Below, piece by piece: positions 1 through 8,231 of a stretch of DNA of 64,000 nucleotides. How positions within the stretch are numbered: position 1 is the stretch's first letter; the number at the start of each line of letters is the position of its first letter. The notes beneath the pieces were generated by a model, which had not been told where the DNA came from, did no database searches, and saw only the letters and a program-made list of their open reading frames with translations. The stretch is from Clostridia bacterium (lineage in GTDB: Bacteria; Bacillota; Clostridia; Oscillospirales; CAG-272): NCBI GenBank assembly GCA_017462545.1, contig JAFTQX010000027.1, forward strand, positions 30,331-94,330, read 5' to 3'. The position numbers were made by a program, and so were the translations under genes.

Positions 1-1
1 T

Positions 2-655
2 CTTGCCGATCGTCAGCAGGCTTTTTTTGAAAAGTACGATGCGTATTATATTGACAAAAAGCACGGCGATACAGCAGAAGACAAGGTGATCTATCTGACC
101 TTTGATGCGGGATATGAGAATGGGAATGTGGTAAAAATTTTGGATGTTTTGCGAAAGGAAGAGGTGCCTGCCGCGTTTTTTGTTCTGAAAAACATTTTAC
201 TCAATGAGCGTTCGCTCGTTGAGCGAATGATAAACGAGGGGCATCTAGTTTGTAATCATACAAAAAATCATAAGGATATGTCTTGCTCGTCGCGTGAAGA
301 ATTTTCTGCCGAGCTAAATGGACTTGCTGATATATATCGCGAGCAAACGGGAAAGGATATGCCGCGCTATTACCGCCCGCCGGAGGGGAAGTATAGCGAG
401 GACAATCTGAAGTACGCGCAAGAGCTGGGTTATAAAACGATTTTTTGGAGCTTTGCCTATGCGGACTGGGATAATGATAAGCAGCCGAGCGCAGAAGAGG
501 CAAAGAAAAAAATCATAGACAATATGCATAACGGCGCGGTGCTGCTATTACACCCCACCTCGGCGACCAACGCTGCCATCCTTGGCGATCTCATCCAGCA
601 GTGGAAGGCGGAGGGGTATCGTTTTGGTACACTGGATGAGCTGGTGGCGAGGTGA
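2..655 (+). CDS. pdaA: PdaA-like delta-lactam-biosynthetic de-N-acetylase (polysaccharide deacetylase), 5' end cut by the window edge
   Basis: The frame is open from nt 2 (LADRQQAFFEKYDAYYIDKK...), so the GTG at 86 is internal. EKYDAYY...KVIYLTFDAGYENGN, VPAAFFV, GNH..NH and RPPEG blocks match my recollection of B. subtilis PdaA. Confidence 0.85.
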   Translation, partial: LADRQQAFFEKYDAYYIDKKHGDTAEDKVIYLTFDAGYENGNVVKILDVLRKEEVPAAFFVLKNILLNERSLVERMINEGHLVCNHTKNHKDMSCSSREEFSAELNGLADIYREQTGKDMPRYYRPPEGKYSEDNLKYAQELGYKTIFWSFAYADWDNDKQPSAEEAKKKIIDNMHNGAVLLLHPTSATNAAILGDLIQQWKAEGYRFGTLDELVAR

Positions 656-1362
656 ACATGAAACGTAGCATCCTGTTTCGCATGATTGCTGTGGTAATAG
701 TAATCGCTCTTGCTTTCGCACTCTGCCCGACTTTATATGCACAAAAACAGCTTGATGTATATTATCATGTCGCAACTACGGAAAAGGTGATCGCTCTTAC
801 GTTTGACGATGGGCCACACCCGCGTTTTACAGATGAGATCTTGAACATTCTAAAGGAAGAGAATGTTCGTGCAACCTTCTTTGCTATCGGTAGCAATGTT
901 GAGGCGTACCCGGATGTGATGCGGCGTGTAATTGCAGCGAATCACGAAATTGGAAATCACACCTATGGTCACCCCTTGATACAAACAGTTACCGATTTTC
1001 AGCTTGAGGAAGAGATAGAAAAGACAGATGCGATTTTAAGAGATATCGGATATCAGGGCAACGGCCTTTTTCGGCCGCCGCAGGGAAAATGCTCCAACGG
1101 CATGCCGGCGTTGCTGGAACGCACCAATAAAACGGCCATCCTCTGGAACATTGATACAAGAGACTGGGCACATCGGCCAAGCGAGGAAATCGTGCGAGAG
1201 ATTGAAAACCAGGTATGCGGTGGAGATATCATTTTGTTTCATGACTATGTCAGCGGTGAAAGCACGACCATTCCGGCATTAAAAAAACTGATACCCTTGC
1301 TCAAGGAGCGCGGATATCAGTTTGTGACCGTATCTGAGCTACTGTCACTAAAGGACAGTTAA
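652..1362 (+). CDS. NodB-domain polysaccharide deacetylase with N-terminal membrane anchor
   Basis: N-terminal hydrophobic helix (FRMIAVVIVIALAFALC), then IALTFDDGPHP, GNHTYGHP and LFRPPQG NodB motifs. GTG 652 overlaps the pdaA stop; ATG 658 is an alternative start. Confidence 0.85.
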   Translation: MNMKRSILFRMIAVVIVIALAFALCPTLYAQKQLDVYYHVATTEKVIALTFDDGPHPRFTDEILNILKEENVRATFFAIGSNVEAYPDVMRRVIAANHEIGNHTYGHPLIQTVTDFQLEEEIEKTDAILRDIGYQGNGLFRPPQGKCSNGMPALLERTNKTAILWNIDTRDWAHRPSEEIVREIENQVCGGDIILFHDYVSGESTTIPALKKLIPLLKERGYQFVTVSELLSLKDS

Positions 1363-2427
1363 TCAGGCATTTTCTGCATCCATTTCGTTTGCAAAGGGCT
1401 CATCGATCTCATCGATGGGCTCTTCTGTTTCTGCGCCATGCTCGGCCTCGTACGGATCAATCATGATTTCCTTGATCTTGAAATAAGCCGCGTAGGTAGA
1501 CATAAACGCGCCGTTAGAGAAGAGAAGAACAAAGGGAAGCAAAATAGCAGCCGCCATTAAAAATCCACCCGTTCCAAACGCAAGGAAAAGATTGATCACC
1601 ACCAAAAGAAGGATGCCCAGCGTTGCCATGAGATTGCGCTTAAAGCCAAGCAGCGCAAAGATCAGAGAGTTCTTCAGGATCTTGTACAGAGATAGATCAA
1701 AGGTAACCATCTGAATGTAGATATAAAATCTCATCCAACAGTAAATCAGAGCAACGGCCGCCGTGATGCCGAAGAACATGCTCATCATCAAGCCGCCATC
1801 TGCCGTGTAAAGATAAAAAAGGTCAAAGGTGATCAGCGCAAGGAAAAGTGAATCTAAAATACCAAAGGGGAGTGCTTGCTTCCAATTCCGTTTGATGGCA
1901 TAAAAGAAATCCGAAAAGATAAATACCGGTTCGCCCTTTACCATGTTGCGCAGAACGTACGTGCTGCCGACATTCACGATGCCAAAGGTAAAGAGCACCA
2001 GCAGAGAGAGTGCAAACAGCACATAGGTCGCTGTTGTCATCGCGTTTGCTTCAATTTGCATGCCGCCGGTTCCCATGGAAATGAGTGTAGAGGCAGAAAT
2101 TTCGCTTTCCTGCAAAAAGATGCCTCGTAAAACAGGGAAGAAGGATGAGGCCGGCGCCATGTACATGACACGGGTAAAGGTTGTCATAGCGATCAATGCG
2201 AAAATAAAGGGAAAATTCCCAAGCACCATGAGAAGGTTGACCGTCAGCAGATTGGGAAACCACTCTTTATATTTCAAAAAAAAGCCTTTGAGATCGGTTT
2301 TGGTATAAACGTCACCCTTTTCAATGCCGCGGCCTTCGCGTTGGGAATCAAATAATTTAAATCGTTTTTTCTTATTCTCCACGTTGAACCCTCTTTGCGT
2401 TTTGGATATGATAAAATATATTACCAC
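1363..2427 (-). CDS. multi-pass membrane protein (YesL/DUF624-like) with acidic C-terminal tail
   Basis: Many hydrophobic segments and an LLTVNLLMVLGNFPFIFAL-type first helix. The tail is DPYEAEHGAETEEPIDEIDEP. GTG at 2382, preceded by AGAGGG, is a plausible alternative start. Confidence 0.6.
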   Translation of the reverse strand: MVIYFIISKTQRGFNVENKKKRFKLFDSQREGRGIEKGDVYTKTDLKGFFLKYKEWFPNLLTVNLLMVLGNFPFIFALIAMTTFTRVMYMAPASSFFPVLRGIFLQESEISASTLISMGTGGMQIEANAMTTATYVLFALSLLVLFTFGIVNVGSTYVLRNMVKGEPVFIFSDFFYAIKRNWKQALPFGILDSLFLALITFDLFYLYTADGGLMMSMFFGITAAVALIYCWMRFYIYIQMVTFDLSLYKILKNSLIFALLGFKRNLMATLGILLLVVINLFLAFGTGGFLMAAAILLPFVLLFSNGAFMSTYAAYFKIKEIMIDPYEAEHGAETEEPIDEIDEPFANEMDAENA

Positions 2428-2535
2428 TTTTCAACAAAAAAATCAACTATAAATTATGAATTTCGCATTTTATCTCTACTTTTCTGTTGACAGCTGTGCT
2501 ATAATGAATATAGTCAAGCAAAGGAAAGTTTCTAT

Positions 2536-3099
2536 ATGAGAAAAAATGAGATCACACACCTATTTGCAAAAACAGAACAACTGGCATCCGAGCGGCTTTT
2601 GTTTCGCAAAATGCAGAAAAAAGATGCATCTGACATGTTCGACTATGCCAAAAGGCCGGAGGTAACGCGGTATCTTTTGTGGCATGAGCATCCGGATCTA
2701 ACTTATACCAAGCGGTATCTTGCCTTTGTTGAGGCCTGCTATCGAACGGGGAAGTTTTTTGATTTGGCCGTTATCCATCGTGAGAGCAACCGCATGATCG
2801 GTACTTGCGGCTTTGCCCACATTGATTTTTCTAACAATGCAGCTGAGCTTGGCTATGTACTGCATCCGGATTTTTGGAATTGCGGCATAGCAACCGAGGC
2901 GGCAAGCAGAATATTGCAATACGGATTTGAGGTTCTTGGTCTTCACCGCATTGAGGCGCGATACATGAAGGATAATTTAGCAAGTCGCCGTGTGATGGAA
3001 AAATGCGGGATGCGTTTTGAGGGCATTCAACGTGGCTTGATGCAAATCAAAGGACGATATGAGGATATCGGGGTTTTTGCCAAAACCGAAGAAGATTAG
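2536..3099 (+). CDS. GNAT family N-acetyltransferase (RimJ/RimL-like)
   Basis: 187 aa with LFRKM...D..DMF.Y...PEVTRYL.W and G.CGF....N..AELGY.L....WN.GIATEA and E.ENLASRRVMEKCGM blocks typical of the family. Confidence 0.85.
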   Translation: MRKNEITHLFAKTEQLASERLLFRKMQKKDASDMFDYAKRPEVTRYLLWHEHPDLTYTKRYLAFVEACYRTGKFFDLAVIHRESNRMIGTCGFAHIDFSNNAAELGYVLHPDFWNCGIATEAASRILQYGFEVLGLHRIEARYMKDNLASRRVMEKCGMRFEGIQRGLMQIKGRYEDIGVFAKTEED

Positions 3100-3127
3100 C
3101 CTGCTTTTGCAGGCTTTTTCTTTTTTT
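3098..3127 (+). terminator. intrinsic terminator after the GNAT gene
   Basis: agcctgc-tttt-gcaggct followed by a T-run. Confidence 0.75.
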
Positions 3128-3191
3128 CGTGATAATTACAGCAAAAGATTCATAACATGTGACGAAAGAATAAAACAAGGAGATCTTGTAT

Positions 3192-4364
3192 ATGAAAAAA
3201 CGTATGTTAGCCATTCTTCTTGCTTGCTGCTTGCTTTTGTGCATGATTCCTGTTGTATCGGCAGAGGATACTATGCCCGTCGGAGAAGATGCCGGCGTTA
3301 ATTTGCAGCTAAATGCTACCTCGGTTGTTTTGATGGAATATGAAACAGGGCGTGTGCTTTATGAGCAAAACGCGGATGAGCAGCTGCCTCCCGCCTCAAT
3401 CACCAAGATCATGACACTCCTTTTGGTGATGGAGGCGCTTGATCAGGGAAAATTAACCTGGGAAGAACAGGTCACCACCAGCGAGCGCGCGGCATCGATG
3501 GGCGGCTCGCAGATCTACTTAAAGGTTGGCGAGCAGATGTGTGTGCGTGATATGGTTAAGTCGGTTGTGATTGCCAGTGCCAATGATGCAGCCGCAGCAC
3601 TTGCCGAGCATTTATGCGGTTCGATTGAAGCCTTTGTCGAAAAAATGAACGAAAAGGCCGCCGCCCTCTCGATGAATAACACGCACTTTGAAAACACAAA
3701 CGGCTTAGATGACACGACAACAGCACATTATACCAGTGCACGAGATGTGGCGATCATGTCTCGCGCGCTCATCGCCTATCCCGATATTTTGACCTACAGC
3801 TCCACATGGATGGACAGCGTGCGGGAGGGTGCTTTCGGCTTGACTAACACCAATCGCCTTGTACGCTTTTATCCCGGCGCCACAGGGCTGAAAACGGGCT
3901 CTACGGCGAAAGCGAAATTCTGTATTAGCGCTACGGCTCTGCGTGATGGAATGCATTTGATTGCCGTGGTTATGGGATCACCCACAAGAGATATCCGTAA
4001 TGAAGAAGCAAAGAAGCTGCTTGACTACGGCTTTGCCAATTATGCGGTTTACACAGAAGAAGAAAGTAATCTGACAGAACTGACCGTGAAAGGCGGCACA
4101 ACTGATGTTTGTCGTGTAAAGAGCTTGAAATTTTCGACCTTGATCGATAAGGGCGCCAAAAGCCGCATAAGGAAAGAGGTGCACCTTCCGGAATATTTGG
4201 CAGCTCCCATCAAAACCGGTGAGAAGATAGGGACGGTTGCTTATTATGTAGATGATCGTTTAATTGGAGAAACAGACATCGTTACATGCGAGGATATTAT
4301 GAAAATTTCCTTTGGAGAGATCTTCGTTCGCCTTTTCAAAAGTTGTTTGGGGATAAAGTTATAA
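3192..4364 (+). CDS. serine-type D-Ala-D-Ala carboxypeptidase (PBP5/DacB/DacF-like)
   Basis: Signal peptide, SITKIMT (SxxK), SANDAA (SxN) and KTGST (KTG) motifs. ATG 3192 has AAGGAG 9 nt upstream; the listed TTG 3186 is too close to it. Confidence 0.9.
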   Translation: MKKRMLAILLACCLLLCMIPVVSAEDTMPVGEDAGVNLQLNATSVVLMEYETGRVLYEQNADEQLPPASITKIMTLLLVMEALDQGKLTWEEQVTTSERAASMGGSQIYLKVGEQMCVRDMVKSVVIASANDAAAALAEHLCGSIEAFVEKMNEKAAALSMNNTHFENTNGLDDTTTAHYTSARDVAIMSRALIAYPDILTYSSTWMDSVREGAFGLTNTNRLVRFYPGATGLKTGSTAKAKFCISATALRDGMHLIAVVMGSPTRDIRNEEAKKLLDYGFANYAVYTEEESNLTELTVKGGTTDVCRVKSLKFSTLIDKGAKSRIRKEVHLPEYLAAPIKTGEKIGTVAYYVDDRLIGETDIVTCEDIMKISFGEIFVRLFKSCLGIKL

Positions 4365-4454
4365 AAATTTCAAAAAACAGTTGAAAAGAAAGGGATTTCA
4401 TTATATAATATTGTTATCAAAAAAATCGTCTTCTGACGTATGCCGGAGGTTAAA

Positions 4455-5792
4455 ATGACTGTAAAACTTAATGACAAATTTGTCACACCCTTTGTTGCGG
4501 CGCATGAATTAGAGAACATTCGCCCCGCACTCTCGGCCGCTTACAAAACGCTGATGGATCGTAGCGGTGCAGGCAATGATTTTCTTGGCTGGATCGATCT
4601 GCCCGTAGAGTATGATAAGGAAGAGTTTTCCCGTATCAAGATCGCTGCTGAAAAGATCAAGAAGTCCTGCGATATTCTGGTTGTTCTCGGCATTGGTGGC
4701 TCTTATCTTGGTGCGCGTGCCGCTATCGAATTTGTAAAGTCCCCGCTTTACAACTCGCTGAAAAAGGATACTCCCGATATTTACTTTGCAGGCAACAACA
4801 TCAGCCCCAATGCGCTTTCTGAGCTGCTTTCCATTTGTGAGGGGAAGGATATCTGCCTGAACGTCATCAGCAAATCCGGCACTACCACCGAGCCTGCCGT
4901 TGCTTTCCGTGTATTCCGCGAGCTGCTTGTCAACAAGTATGGCGTAGATGGCGCGCGTGATCGCATTTTCGTAACCACCGATAAGTGCCGTGGTACGCTG
5001 AAGAAGTTCTCGGATGAGAGCGGATACGAGACCTTTGTTGTTCCGGATGATGTTGGCGGTCGTTTTTCGGTATTGACAGCTGTTGGTCTGCTGCCGATTG
5101 CCGCTGCCGGCATTGATATTGATGCATTGATGCAGGGGGCTGCTGATGCACGCAAGGAGCTTGCAAGCGATGACATTGAGAATAATGATGCAATGAAGTA
5201 TGCTGCGCTGCGTACCATTCTCTATCGCAAGGGCAAGGTAACCGAGATCATGGTTGGATACGAGCCTTATATGCTCATGTTCTGCGAGTGGTGGAAGCAG
5301 CTGTTCGGTGAAAGCGAAGGCAAGGACCAGAAGGGCATTTTGCCGGATTCCGTCAATTTCTCAACCGATCTGCATTCCCTTGGTCAATATATTCAGGATG
5401 GCACACGCAATCTCTTTGAGACCGTTTTGAACGTCAAGGATTGCGGCTGCAAGTTTATCATTCCGGATGATCCGTCCAATGTTGACGGGCTGAACTTCCT
5501 TTCCGGCAAGGAACTGGATTATGTAAACAAGACTGCCATGCTCGGCACATTGATGGCACATACGGATGGCGGCGTTCCCAACATTCTGTTGGAGATTGAT
5601 GATCGCTCTGCACACTCGCTTGGCTACCTGATTTATTTCTTTGAGCTGGCGTGCGCGGTAGACGGTTACATGCTTGGCGTTAACCCGTTTGACCAGCCCG
5701 GTGTAGAGGCATATAAAAAGAATATGTTTGCACTTTTGGGCAAGCCGGGATACGAGGAAGCGCAAAAAGAACTGCTTGCGCGTATGAAATAA
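4455..5792 (+). CDS. pgi: glucose-6-phosphate isomerase
   Basis: Firmicute-type 445-aa PGI: [46 protein letters not shown] lies 5 nt before ATG 4455. Confidence 0.95.
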   Translation: MTVKLNDKFVTPFVAAHELENIRPALSAAYKTLMDRSGAGNDFLGWIDLPVEYDKEEFSRIKIAAEKIKKSCDILVVLGIGGSYLGARAAIEFVKSPLYNSLKKDTPDIYFAGNNISPNALSELLSICEGKDICLNVISKSGTTTEPAVAFRVFRELLVNKYGVDGARDRIFVTTDKCRGTLKKFSDESGYETFVVPDDVGGRFSVLTAVGLLPIAAAGIDIDALMQGAADARKELASDDIENNDAMKYAALRTILYRKGKVTEIMVGYEPYMLMFCEWWKQLFGESEGKDQKGILPDSVNFSTDLHSLGQYIQDGTRNLFETVLNVKDCGCKFIIPDDPSNVDGLNFLSGKELDYVNKTAMLGTLMAHTDGGVPNILLEIDDRSAHSLGYLIYFFELACAVDGYMLGVNPFDQPGVEAYKKNMFALLGKPGYEEAQKELLARMK

Positions 5793-5904
5793 GAAAATTT
5801 TAGAAAAATATTTGATTTTTCTATTGAAATTTCATAGTTTTTAGTGTATCATATAAATAGAAAGTGGTAAATTGCCACAAAACCATCGTAAAGGAGAAGG
5901 ATTC

Positions 5905-6306
5905 ATGGTAAAACTGATTGTCGGCGTAAGAGGAACTGGAAAGACCAAAACACTGATCAGTATGGTAAACGAGGCTGCTGAAAAGAGTAAGGGTTCCGTT
6001 ATCTGCATCGAAAAAGGAAATAAACTGAATTTTGATATCACTCACAAGGCTAGATTGGTCGATGCGGACGCTTATGCGATCAACGATGCACAGGCACTGT
6101 ACGGCTTTGTAGCAGGCATCGTGGCAAGCGATCATGATATCACCGATCTGTTTATTGATTCCACGCTGAAGATCTGCCAGGGTGATGTACCGGCATTTGA
6201 AAAGTTTGTTGAGGAGATTACTGCCTTGACACCTGATCTGAATGTTGTTTTAACAGCATCCATGCCCGTGGAAGATTGCAGTGATGCGTTGAAGAAATAC
6301 ATCTGA
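5905..6306 (+). CDS. small stand-alone P-loop NTPase-like protein, function unknown
   Basis: Walker A GVRGTGKT at residues 7-14 and a candidate Walker B DLFIDS. AAAGGAGAAGG RBS before ATG 5905 and its own terminator. Confidence 0.6.
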   Translation: MVKLIVGVRGTGKTKTLISMVNEAAEKSKGSVICIEKGNKLNFDITHKARLVDADAYAINDAQALYGFVAGIVASDHDITDLFIDSTLKICQGDVPAFEKFVEEITALTPDLNVVLTASMPVEDCSDALKKYI

Positions 6307-6341
6307 TTGTTGCTTTGTCAGTTTCCCTAAAATTGCATATG

Positions 6342-6382
6342 ATATTATCGAGGCGCGTAATGTGTCCTCGATAATATTTTTT
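6342..6382 (+). terminator. intrinsic terminator (12-bp perfect stem) directly abutting the next gene's RBS
   Basis: atattatcgagg (6342-6353) pairs with cctcgataatat (6366-6377), followed by ttttt. Confidence 0.8.
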
Positions 6383-6398
6383 AGGGGGAATAACATCA

Positions 6399-7235
6399 AT
6401 GTCAGAGAACAGATGCTCCTGCAGCTCAGGCGGCGCCTCCTCCGGTGGAAGAGAGACCATCTGCATCGATACCAATCGCGTATTGGATTCTTGCCGCGAC
6501 AGAGACTGCTATGAAAATGCCCGCGTTTATGTAAGCCAGGCCGGGCAGGAATTGCTTGACCATGTCGGCTGCACCGTGCGCGTCGTATGTGCCAAAATTC
6601 TTTGGACATATATCTCGGTTGACCCGATTCAGTTCAATCGCGGCTTTTATCAGATTACGGCACGCTTCTATATTCACGTGAAGCTGGAGGCATGTGTCGG
6701 AATGGGTAGATCCCAGTCGTTTGACGGCATTGCCGTGGTAGAGAAAACCGTCGTTCTGTTTGGCGGAGAAGGGAATGTCAGCATTTTCCGCAGCACCCCT
6801 GAGGCAAACCGCTGTGCGCCCTGGAATGGCTCTCATCGCTCCAACAATCTGCCTACCGCCGTGGTAGAAACGGTAGAGCCTGTTGTACTTGGCTCTACCG
6901 TTGTTGAGCCAAGTTCCTGCAATTGTGCCTGCTATACCTGTTGCTCCGCGAGCGACATCCCGCAGGACATTTTGGATCAGGGATGTCTTGATAACGTGTG
7001 TGACAACGACGATGGGAATAAGCTCTATGTTTCGCTTGGGATTTTCACCGTCTTCCGCATTGAGCGCCCGGCTCAATTCCTGATCTCGGCCTCGGATTAC
7101 TGTGTGCCGGATAAGGAATGTGTTTGCGACGAGCCGAGCAGCCCTTGCAACCTCTTCCGCAACATGGCCTTTCCGACGAGTGAATTCTCGGCCGGCTGCC
7201 GTTCGGCAGATGATACGTGCAACAGAAAGCATTAA
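6399..7235 (+). CDS. cysteine-rich protein of unknown function (possible spore coat/exosporium component)
   Basis: 278 aa with 22 Cys in clusters (RCSC, DSCRDRDC, SSCNCACYTCC, YCVPDKECVCDEPSSPC). No signal peptide. RBS AGGGGGA lies ahead of ATG 6399 and a + strand terminator sits at 7246-7276. Confidence 0.65.
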   Translation: MSENRCSCSSGGASSGGRETICIDTNRVLDSCRDRDCYENARVYVSQAGQELLDHVGCTVRVVCAKILWTYISVDPIQFNRGFYQITARFYIHVKLEACVGMGRSQSFDGIAVVEKTVVLFGGEGNVSIFRSTPEANRCAPWNGSHRSNNLPTAVVETVEPVVLGSTVVEPSSCNCACYTCCSASDIPQDILDQGCLDNVCDNDDGNKLYVSLGIFTVFRIERPAQFLISASDYCVPDKECVCDEPSSPCNLFRNMAFPTSEFSAGCRSADDTCNRKH

Positions 7236-7245
7236 AAACGCAACC

Positions 7246-7276
7246 AAAAGCGACACAGGTTCCTGTGTCGCTTTTG
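7246..7276 (+). terminator. intrinsic terminator after the Cys-rich gene
   Basis: gcgacacag/ctgtgtcgc stem with a gttc loop, then tttt. Confidence 0.8.
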
Positions 7277-7356
7277 GTTATGAAACCCGTATAAATACTG
7301 GATTTTTAGCAGTTTTTAATTGAACTCAATTTGCACAAAAACATAAGATACATAGC

Positions 7357-7388
7357 AAAAGCGAGGTGAAACTCACCTCGCTTTTATT
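7357..7388 (+). terminator. second, orphan terminator-like hairpin
   Basis: gcgaggtg-aaact-cacctcgc followed by ttttattatt. No ORF lies between it and the previous terminator. Confidence 0.55.
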
Positions 7389-7396
7389 ATTGACTA

Positions 7397-7425
7397 TTGA
7401 CAAAAACGCAATCTCGTGATATACT
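7397..7425 (+). promoter_or_regulatory. sigma-A-type promoter of the iclR-GRE-activase unit
   Basis: TTGACA (7397-7402), 17-nt spacer, TATACT (7420-7425). Confidence 0.65.
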
Positions 7426-7461
7426 TATAACATCGTAATATATAAGAAACGAGGAAAGAGT

Positions 7462-8217
7462 ATGTCAAATTTAGCACCTGCAGCCGAGGCATCCACAAAA
7501 ATAATCACCTTTCTTGCGGAATGTGAGCAAGAAACAGGCATTTCCGAAATCAGTCGCGGAACAGGAATTAATAAAAATATGGTGTTTCGCATACTTAACA
7601 CATTGGAAAATGAGGGGTGGGTATATTGTAACGGGCAAAAGTACAGCTTAACTCTTTTGCTTTTTGGGTTGGCATCAAAGCCGGTTGCAAGACTTTCCTT
7701 GAATACGGCGGCTACCCCTGTTCTTCATGATCTGTTAAATGAAACAGGTGAAAGTACATATCTTGGAATATTAAAAGACGATAAGGTAATGTATCTGCAG
7801 CATCTTGATGGTATAAAAGACGTACGGGTCGCCGGTAAGCTTGGCGGTGAATATGATCTATACTGCTCCGCTCCCGGCAAGGTATTGCTTGCATACGGCG
7901 ATGATGAGTTTATTGAAAGTTATGTTTCAAGGCAATTAGATAAACGCACCGAGAACAGCATAACAGAAAAAAGCGCTTTGCTGACAGAATTGGAAACGGT
8001 TCGTCAAAATAGTTACGCAACAGACCGCGAAGAATTTGGTAACGGTATCACCTGTGTTGCAGCGCCTATATATGATTATTCCGGTAAAGTAATTGCTGCT
8101 ATAGGATGCTCGGCATTTACGGTTAATGGAGAGTGTCAGGAAATTATAGATAAACTTTTACCAAAAGTATTATCAGCAGCAAAGAAAATTTCGCTCATTC
8201 TTGGCACAAAAAAATAA
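7462..8217 (+). CDS. IclR family transcriptional regulator
   Basis: N-terminal wHTH (ISEISRGTGINKNMVFRILNTLE..GWV) and a C-terminal IclR effector domain (..YATDREEFGNGITCVAAPI.D..G..IAAIG). Confidence 0.9.
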   Translation: MSNLAPAAEASTKIITFLAECEQETGISEISRGTGINKNMVFRILNTLENEGWVYCNGQKYSLTLLLFGLASKPVARLSLNTAATPVLHDLLNETGESTYLGILKDDKVMYLQHLDGIKDVRVAGKLGGEYDLYCSAPGKVLLAYGDDEFIESYVSRQLDKRTENSITEKSALLTELETVRQNSYATDREEFGNGITCVAAPIYDYSGKVIAAIGCSAFTVNGECQEIIDKLLPKVLSAAKKISLILGTKK

Positions 8218-8231
8218 TCGGAGGTTGGATT

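Noticed and set aside
6426-7256. 276-aa ORF on the minus strand, almost exactly antisense to the Cys-rich gene
   Set aside because: It has no RBS or terminator in that orientation and a low-complexity Arg/Ala-rich composition typical of a shadow frame. The + strand ORF has an RBS, a downstream + strand terminator and structured Cys motifs.
7279-7396. Possible small RNA between the two tandem terminators
   Set aside because: The only promoter-like hexamers (TTGAAC ... TAAGAT) would yield a transcript of about 35 nt consisting of the hairpin alone. A redundant or relic terminator at the island boundary is the more economical reading.
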